NCBI GenBank assembly: GCA_030834985.1
Contig: JAUQWV010000002.1
Span: 4,435-68,434, forward strand
Direction: 5' to 3'
Source of the DNA: Candidatus Dojkabacteria bacterium
GTDB taxonomy: Bacteria > Patescibacteriota > Dojkabacteria > J137
DNA: 64,000 nt
The notes beneath the pieces are model-generated. The model saw only the letters and a program-made list of their open reading frames with translations, did no database searches and had not been told where the DNA came from. A program made the position numbers and the translations under genes. This document shows, piece by piece, positions 58,206 to 64,000 of the stretch (positions are counted from its first letter, which is position 1; each line of letters begins with the position of its first letter).

Positions 58206-60977
58206 ATGTTGAATAAAAGACTATGTGCTACAGCGTTTATATTGCTTGTACTAATTAGTGCATTTTCTTTTTATACCAATATTAATGCAGCCGCAGTAAG
58301 AGGCATATCGGGTGATTTTTGGGCTGATACAATTTTAGGCAAAAGAGATTTTACCGAAATGGGATTAAACAAGATTGTTGATTATGAAGTTTTTAATCCA
58401 GGTGGAGTAACTATTGATAATAGTGTTGAAGACGGCAGAATGTATGTATGGGATTCTGGAAATAATAGGATTTTAGGTTTGAATCTAGGAGATTTAGATG
58501 GCTCACCATACCATGCTGATATTGTAATTGGCCAGCCGTCTGGAACAGATTGGGGTGCTTGTAATCAAGATGGTAGCTTTCAAAATGATCCCAATTCATC
58601 TATTCCCAATGCTTCTACATTATGCGGTATTCCCGATTACACGCACACAACTGGAGAACATAAAACTTTCTCTAATATGTTTGTGGATAGCTCTGGCAAT
58701 TTATATGTTCCGGATATATTTAATAATAGGGTTTTAAAATACAATTCTCCATTTACAACAGATACAATAGCAGATGAAGTTTGGGGACAACCTAACTTTA
58801 GTGGGCAAAGATGTAATTTAACTACACAAAGATTTGAGTGGCCACCGCCGGCGCCAACAGCAGCTTCGATTTGTTTTTCGTATTGGGATGGCGCCGGCGG
58901 TGGCGGTGCAGTTATTGATTCAGAAGGGAATCTTTGGATAGCTGATTCACTTAATAATCGTGTTCTAAGATTCCCTTCAGTAGAAGGCACGATAAGTAAA
59001 ACTGCAAATCTAGTGCTAGGTCAATCTAACTTTACAACAGGCCCAGAGGCAGGAGGCAGTGCAATAAATAAATTATCTGCACCTCAATCCGTAAGATTTG
59101 ATGATTCAGGCAAGTTATATGTTGCAGACTCCGGTAATAATAGGGTTATAGTCTTTACTCCTCCTTTTACAACAGGAATGAATGGGAGTGTTTTCTTGTC
59201 ATCGTCGTCATTTGAAGAAGCAGTTCAAGGTTTAGAGTTTAGTATAGATAAAACCAGACTATATACACTTTCTAATCCAGGCCCAGTTGTTGATGAATGG
59301 GATTTAGCAGGAAATTATATTCAAGAAGTTGGCGGCGGATACAATTGGGGCGGAGGCAGTATTGGAGTAGATCTAAATGACAATGTTTATTTAAGTGACT
59401 ATATTTATGGTCAGCACGTTTACCAGTTTGTAAGACAGATAAATGATTCTTACGAGATAGGTATTACTTTTTTCCATGATGAAGAAGGAATAGGTTTACG
59501 AATGTTTAATGAAGTAGCGGCAGATAGATCTATTGCGCCTGCAGGCATAAAAACAATAGATGATAGGGTTTATGTTGCAGATGGAAGATTATTATTTTGG
59601 GATAATAAAGATGAATTAACAAATGGACAAGCTCCAGATGGTTATTTAAACTCAACTTCTTTTACAGACTTACCTAATCAAAATTACAGATATGATTCAC
59701 AAATTCAGGTTGATGAACAAGGACGGTTATGGGCCGCCGCCAACAACTTTTACGAAGGTGGCAGAGTTGATGTTTTCTTTCCGCCAATAAATTCTGAAGA
59801 TACCCCAGATTTAACAATAAATGGCACAATACCTCTTGTTGGCGGCGGCTCTATAACAATTGGAATGGATGGCGAAAACTCAGTAGGTTTTAACGGTATA
59901 GAAGTTTCAGATGATGCTCAATATTTATGGATTACAGAAACGAATAGACACCGGGTAATAAGAATTAAAGATCCATTAACTAACCCTGTAGTTGATGTAA
60001 TACTTGGCCAAGTAAACTCTACTGGTAAAACATGCAATCGTGGTTTAAGTGGTTATGATTGGGATGCAAATCCTACTTACTTATGTTTACCGTCATACTT
60101 AAGTTTTGATAATTTTGGCAACTTATATGTTAGCGATCACTTCTTTGAATGGGATGGGAATTATAGACTTTTAATGTTTACTGCAAATACATTTCCTGAT
60201 GATTTAACTTCAGTTTTATATGCTCCGGCAGCAAAAAAGGGCTTTCCTGCTGCCAGTTTTGAGGTTACATTTGATGAGGAAAACACAATGGTATTGGGTA
60301 CTAATCCATATACAGGTAATAGATATTTAAGATACTATAATAATCCGCAGAATTTTAATCCTTCTAATCCATTTGATACAGCGTTTAACACTTATGTAGG
60401 AACGCTCAATGATTTTTACGGCTGGCCGATTGGATTAGAATTTGATGAAGAAGGTAACTTATATGTAGGAGATGGTAATAGGGGAAAAATTTTGATATAT
60501 GACCGACCTTTTAATACATCTAATACACTACCTGTTTTAACACAAGTTACTCCAGTGCCAACACCGACTATAGATTCAACTCCAGACTATACCTTTAATT
60601 CTACAAAAGCAGGGACAATAAGCTATGGTGGTAGTTGTTCAAGCACAACGACTATAGCAATCACTGGTAATAATACTATCACCTTCAATCATTTAGCTGA
60701 TGGAACTTATTCTAACTGTACAATAACAGTAAGTGATAGCCTTGATAATAGCAGTAATGTGTTAAATGTTTCAGCTTTTACAATAACCGCAAGAACTCAT
60801 TTTCTTAGGACAAAAGGAGATTTTAATACAAATGGGAAAATTGATTTGTCAGATTTAAGCATACTTGCTACGTACTGGCTACAAGCCAATGCTATTGCAG
60901 ATGCTAATCTTGACGGTGTTACAAATATATCTGATCTTAGCATTTTGGCTACCTATTGGCTGCAAAACTTTTCTTAA
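58206..60977 (+). CDS. Secreted NHL-repeat beta-propeller protein (paralog of 54634..57393) with C-terminal tandem dockerin-like module
   Basis: It has a signal peptide (MLNKRLCATAFILLVLISAF) and NHL blades (GNNRILGLN, NNRVLKYN, NNRVLRFP, GNNRVIVF). The C-terminus is KGDFNTNGKIDLSDLSILATYW...DANLDGVTNISDLSILATYWLQNFS. The start is taken at the ATG at 58206. Confidence 0.7.
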   Translation: MLNKRLCATAFILLVLISAFSFYTNINAAAVRGISGDFWADTILGKRDFTEMGLNKIVDYEVFNPGGVTIDNSVEDGRMYVWDSGNNRILGLNLGDLDGSPYHADIVIGQPSGTDWGACNQDGSFQNDPNSSIPNASTLCGIPDYTHTTGEHKTFSNMFVDSSGNLYVPDIFNNRVLKYNSPFTTDTIADEVWGQPNFSGQRCNLTTQRFEWPPPAPTAASICFSYWDGAGGGGAVIDSEGNLWIADSLNNRVLRFPSVEGTISKTANLVLGQSNFTTGPEAGGSAINKLSAPQSVRFDDSGKLYVADSGNNRVIVFTPPFTTGMNGSVFLSSSSFEEAVQGLEFSIDKTRLYTLSNPGPVVDEWDLAGNYIQEVGGGYNWGGGSIGVDLNDNVYLSDYIYGQHVYQFVRQINDSYEIGITFFHDEEGIGLRMFNEVAADRSIAPAGIKTIDDRVYVADGRLLFWDNKDELTNGQAPDGYLNSTSFTDLPNQNYRYDSQIQVDEQGRLWAAANNFYEGGRVDVFFPPINSEDTPDLTINGTIPLVGGGSITIGMDGENSVGFNGIEVSDDAQYLWITETNRHRVIRIKDPLTNPVVDVILGQVNSTGKTCNRGLSGYDWDANPTYLCLPSYLSFDNFGNLYVSDHFFEWDGNYRLLMFTANTFPDDLTSVLYAPAAKKGFPAASFEVTFDEENTMVLGTNPYTGNRYLRYYNNPQNFNPSNPFDTAFNTYVGTLNDFYGWPIGLEFDEEGNLYVGDGNRGKILIYDRPFNTSNTLPVLTQVTPVPTPTIDSTPDYTFNSTKAGTISYGGSCSSTTTIAITGNNTITFNHLADGTYSNCTITVSDSLDNSSNVLNVSAFTITARTHFLRTKGDFNTNGKIDLSDLSILATYWLQANAIADANLDGVTNISDLSILATYWLQNFS

Positions 60978-61127
60978 GAAAAATTAAATTTTTTTAGTGT
61001 TGCTGGTTGGTGTTTATCTGCGTTATTGCCATTGTAATATAGATTCTAGAGGTTGTTTTCATAACATCTTTTTATTAAACTTGCATTAACTATAAACACT
61101 TCTTTTTTTATGTTTTAAATTGTACGT

Positions 61128-64000
61128 ATGAAGAATTCAAGGCAGCATTTCAATGTAGTTATATTAGATGATGATTTTCTAATAAAAGAAGTACTAAAGA
61201 AACTGATAAAACGTTATCTGCCTGATGCAGAATTTTTCGTTTCTAATAATGGACTTGAAGGTATTGGTTTGATTGAACTTCATGCGCCTCAGCTAATAAT
61301 TGCAGATGCTACATTGCCTAAATATGCTGGTGCAGAGTTAGTAAATCGTTTAAAAAATACTAAAGGTTTTACTGCAGATACAAATGTTGTATTTCTTCAT
61401 GAAAGTGATAAATTCCCAGAATTAAATGATCCTGCAATTATTAAGTTAAATAAGAGTGATATATCTTTCATTAAAGAATTTGAAAAATACCTTGCTTTTA
61501 CTTTTTCTAAAACACCACAATACAGCTTTAGAGAAAAAGCTCAAAATATTTTAGGTGGAGTAATTGTAAAAGTAAGCAATTATTGTGATGTTTTAATGCA
61601 TAGTGTTTCCAAAAGTAGATCGCTTTTACATATTCCCAGATACCTTATTTGGATAATTTTGCAAGTATATTTAAGCTTTGTAATGACAATTTTTTATATC
61701 TTTACAGGGGGTCGGGTTCCTGAAAATAAAAATACTTCTGCTAGAGAATTAACATTGTATAGAGTGCGGTACTATCCAACAATTGTAACAATTACTTTAG
61801 CTGTAATTGGGATTGTATTTCAAACATTTGCATTTTTAGTAGCAGGACTTGCAATATTAAATCAAAATATAAACTTTTTAATAGCACAAAGTGTATGTCC
61901 ATTGCCTGCTGCTCCTTCTATAATTAATAATCAGGTAACCTTAACTCCAGACAATGAGGATGGAATAATTGATTGCTCGGCTGTAGATATTATAGTTGGG
62001 TCAACTGGAGAATTAATAATAGAAAAAAGAGTAGATGGTAATGGCAATACACAAGGCGACTATGGTGTAACACTTTTAGTAAATAATTTAACAGTACAAA
62101 GCGGAGGAAAGGTTAATGCAGACGGCAAAGGATATAGCATAGTTGAAACGGATGCTGGAGCAGGAAAAGGTGGAAGCTCTTCTGGTCAAACTGGTGGAGC
62201 TGGTGGAGGTCATGGTGGAGCCGGTGGTCAAGGTATTGAAGATGGTGTCAACGCATCAGGTTTTGGAGGAACTCCGTATGGTAATAATGAAACTCCAATT
62301 ACACTTGGAGCCGCTGGTGGTAATGGCGGAAATACTGCAGGTAACTTTCAGCGTAGCTGGTCAAGTAATGCACACTTTACGGCTTTAGGTACAAGCTTTT
62401 CTGAAGGGTTAGAATCTCCAGTTGCTGGAGGTTTGGCTTTAAAAGCAAGTTCTCAAGATCCTCTAACATATTCAACTGGTGAGCAGACTTGGTTTTCTGG
62501 AATTATAGATGCTGCTCAATTCGAACTATTTAAACCAACTAATATAACTGCAGACTGGACCTTAGACGGTACAGATAATATTGCACCTAAATTTCAGATA
62601 TGGGGTTCTGCTACAGGAAGCTTTTCTGGTGAACAGGCAGTATATCCAGCAGCGGATGCTTATTATCAAAATGGAGGTACTTATTCAATTAACGATAACT
62701 CACAGCTTTCAATAACTGATCAGGTGCAAACATTCTATAGATACTGGCAAGTTAAAATTATTCTTGAAACAGGAGCTACTGATACAGATACACCAAAGGT
62801 GGTGTCGTTAACTATTAATGGAGCGACGCAACAATCTTCGAATCCTTCGGGCGGAGCAGGTGGAGGCGCATTAAAGATTGTTGCGTCGCAAGCAGTAGTA
62901 ATCGATGGAACTATCTCTGCTAATGGTCTAGATGGTCAAGCTTCTGGCAATACTTCCGGTGGAGGTGGCGCAGGAGGAAGCATTTGGATCCTAGCCAATA
63001 CATTTGCAGGTAGCGGTAGTGTGCAGGCTAAAGGTGGTAGTGCTGCAGAAGTTACATATCAAGGTGGAGGTGGCGGAGGTGGAAGAATTGTAATGCTTTG
63101 TACAACAAGCAACGGATTTACCGGTACAGCCAGTGTGACTCCAGGAGTAACCGCTAATTCACAAGATGGAGGAGTAGGAACAATTATTGGAGCAACGTGT
63201 AGTCCAAATGCTCCTACAATTTTAAAACAATTTAAATCTAATCAATTAACTGAGGTACCTATTGGAGGTATAACAACAGAGTCTACTGTTGTATTTGTTG
63301 GTGATTTATCCGATGTAGACGCCTCTGATGTATTGTCTTTACAAATAGAAGTAAGACCATTAGGTCAAGAATTTACAGGTGTTCCAACTCATACACAATC
63401 AACTGCATTTGCAAATCCTCAGCCATGTTCTTCACCTGTTGCAAATTGTGGAAGAATTACTGTTACAGGAATGACAAGATCTTTAGAATACCATTGGAGA
63501 GCTAGAGTCAGAGATAATAAAGGTGGTTATAGTGCATGGATAAGTTTTGGAGCTAATAATGAAAATGAAAGAGATATTTTATTAACAGGTAATCCAGCAG
63601 CAATTCAATTTGTATCTGGCAACTCGCAAAGTGGTACGGTAAATACGAATCTGCCAAGTCCTTTAGTAGTAAGAGTTGTTGATGTTGAAGGGTATCCTGT
63701 ACCCGGCTATACAGTTAATTGGACCGTAGTGGCTGGTGCAACAGGCGGTCAGCTAGTAGCTGGAAATGCTGTTACAGATAATGATGGTTATAGTTCACGA
63801 ACTTATAAGCTAGGGCAAAAGATAGGTACTAATACAATTAGAGCAGCCGGCTCAGGCTTGGCAGGAAGTCCTATCGACTTTTCTGCAACGGGTAATCCAG
63901 ATGTAATTGCCAAATTTACTGTAACTGGACCTCAATACGCTATTACAAATGAACAATTTGGCCCTGTGACTGTCACAGCTTACGATCAATATGATAATGT
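61128..64000 (+). CDS. Giant protein (3' partial, >957 codons; missing from the ORF track because it runs off the window): N-terminal REC receiver domain, two TM helices, a long Gly-rich beta-helix-like repeat region and a Big_1 (invasin/intimin-type) Ig-like domain
   Basis: I read the frame codon by codon from the ATG at 61128 to the window end and found no stop. The REC hallmarks are VVILDDDF (the acidic pair), IIADATLP (phospho-acceptor Asp), VVFLHES and IIKLNK (Lys). The TMs are YLIWIILQVYLSFVMTIFYIF and TIVTITLAVIGIVFQTFAFLVAGLAIL. The Gly-rich repeats are GGAGGGALKIVAS...GGGGAGGSIWILANTF...GGGGGGGRIVML. The Big_1-like domain is PLVVRVVDVEGYPVPGYTVNWTVVAGATGGQLVAGNAVTDNDGYSSRTYKLG. Confidence 0.65.
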   Translation, partial: MKNSRQHFNVVILDDDFLIKEVLKKLIKRYLPDAEFFVSNNGLEGIGLIELHAPQLIIADATLPKYAGAELVNRLKNTKGFTADTNVVFLHESDKFPELNDPAIIKLNKSDISFIKEFEKYLAFTFSKTPQYSFREKAQNILGGVIVKVSNYCDVLMHSVSKSRSLLHIPRYLIWIILQVYLSFVMTIFYIFTGGRVPENKNTSARELTLYRVRYYPTIVTITLAVIGIVFQTFAFLVAGLAILNQNINFLIAQSVCPLPAAPSIINNQVTLTPDNEDGIIDCSAVDIIVGSTGELIIEKRVDGNGNTQGDYGVTLLVNNLTVQSGGKVNADGKGYSIVETDAGAGKGGSSSGQTGGAGGGHGGAGGQGIEDGVNASGFGGTPYGNNETPITLGAAGGNGGNTAGNFQRSWSSNAHFTALGTSFSEGLESPVAGGLALKASSQDPLTYSTGEQTWFSGIIDAAQFELFKPTNITADWTLDGTDNIAPKFQIWGSATGSFSGEQAVYPAADAYYQNGGTYSINDNSQLSITDQVQTFYRYWQVKIILETGATDTDTPKVVSLTINGATQQSSNPSGGAGGGALKIVASQAVVIDGTISANGLDGQASGNTSGGGGAGGSIWILANTFAGSGSVQAKGGSAAEVTYQGGGGGGGRIVMLCTTSNGFTGTASVTPGVTANSQDGGVGTIIGATCSPNAPTILKQFKSNQLTEVPIGGITTESTVVFVGDLSDVDASDVLSLQIEVRPLGQEFTGVPTHTQSTAFANPQPCSSPVANCGRITVTGMTRSLEYHWRARVRDNKGGYSAWISFGANNENERDILLTGNPAAIQFVSGNSQSGTVNTNLPSPLVVRVVDVEGYPVPGYTVNWTVVAGATGGQLVAGNAVTDNDGYSSRTYKLGQKIGTNTIRAAGSGLAGSPIDFSATGNPDVIAKFTVTGPQYAITNEQFGPVTVTAYDQYDN

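Noticed and set aside
61128-61520. Possibility that the REC-like N-terminus is a separate small response-regulator gene
   Set aside because: No stop codon separates it from the downstream TM and Gly-rich regions in my codon-by-codon read, and in a genome this AT-rich an accidental 160-codon open frame is unlikely. This is kept as one fused ORF, though a sequencing frameshift cannot be excluded without reads.
62143-62388. 81-aa ORF from the supplied track
   Set aside because: It is an alternate frame inside the Gly-rich region of the long 61128->64000 ORF. GGT/GGA-rich DNA yields Val/Glu/Met-rich peptides in the +1 frame by chance.
1-64000. Search for CRISPR arrays, rRNA genes, transposases/IS elements, and 4.5S/tmRNA/RNase P RNAs in intergenic gaps >100 bp
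   Set aside because: No direct-repeat/spacer periodicity, no rRNA-like conserved blocks, and no DDE/integrase-like ORFs were found. The few longer intergenic regions (18232-18408, 31024-31302, 53820-53975, 60978-61127) lack the conserved cores of these RNAs.

Overview
The window is AT-rich (about one-third GC by eye), gene-dense bacterial chromosome read with the standard code; all enzyme genes have normal lengths with TAA/TAG/TGA stops. Gene content and architecture point to a small-genome, fermentative, surface-protein-rich organism, possibly Patescibacteria/CPR-like (inference only). The evidence is an archaeal-type short TIM, a class-I DhnA-type aldolase, LDH, a truncated dcw cluster (mraZ-rsmH-ftsL-ftsI only) and many secreted or anchored proteins. 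Recognisable housekeeping genes are def, cca, pnp, rsmA, ftsE/ftsX, secG, mraZ/rsmH/ftsL/ftsI, trhO, lemA, nusA/ylxR, a tRNA-Glu(CUC), and a near-complete glycolytic supercluster (gpmI, pfk, pgk, gap, tpiA, fbaB, ldh, eno, pyk). Around them are many large secreted proteins (FN3-like, NHL beta-propeller, Gly-rich repeat, Cys-rich) organised as paralog pairs. The observations I rate highest are these four. (1) A roughly 1.45 kb GC-rich compositional island (about 48000-49460) sits between the convergent pyk and a WecA-like gene; it carries four small same-strand ORFs, each followed by its own perfect GC-rich hairpin. (2) A dockerin-like tandem Ca-binding module (DxNxDGxIxxxDLSILATYW, twice) ends three different secreted proteins, and a fourth, orphan copy is a gene remnant. 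This accompanies a tandem duplication of about 920-aa NHL-propeller genes flanking an SDR oxidoreductase. (3) A 3'-partial giant ORF (61128->64000) has a canonical response-regulator receiver (REC) domain at its N-terminus, fused through two TM helices to a Gly-rich beta-helix-like region and an invasin-type Ig domain. (4) A textbook sigma70 promoter upstream of mraZ is followed immediately by three 10-bp-phased GTGG(T/A) direct repeats, a candidate MraZ operator. No CRISPR array, rRNA or obvious transposase was seen.
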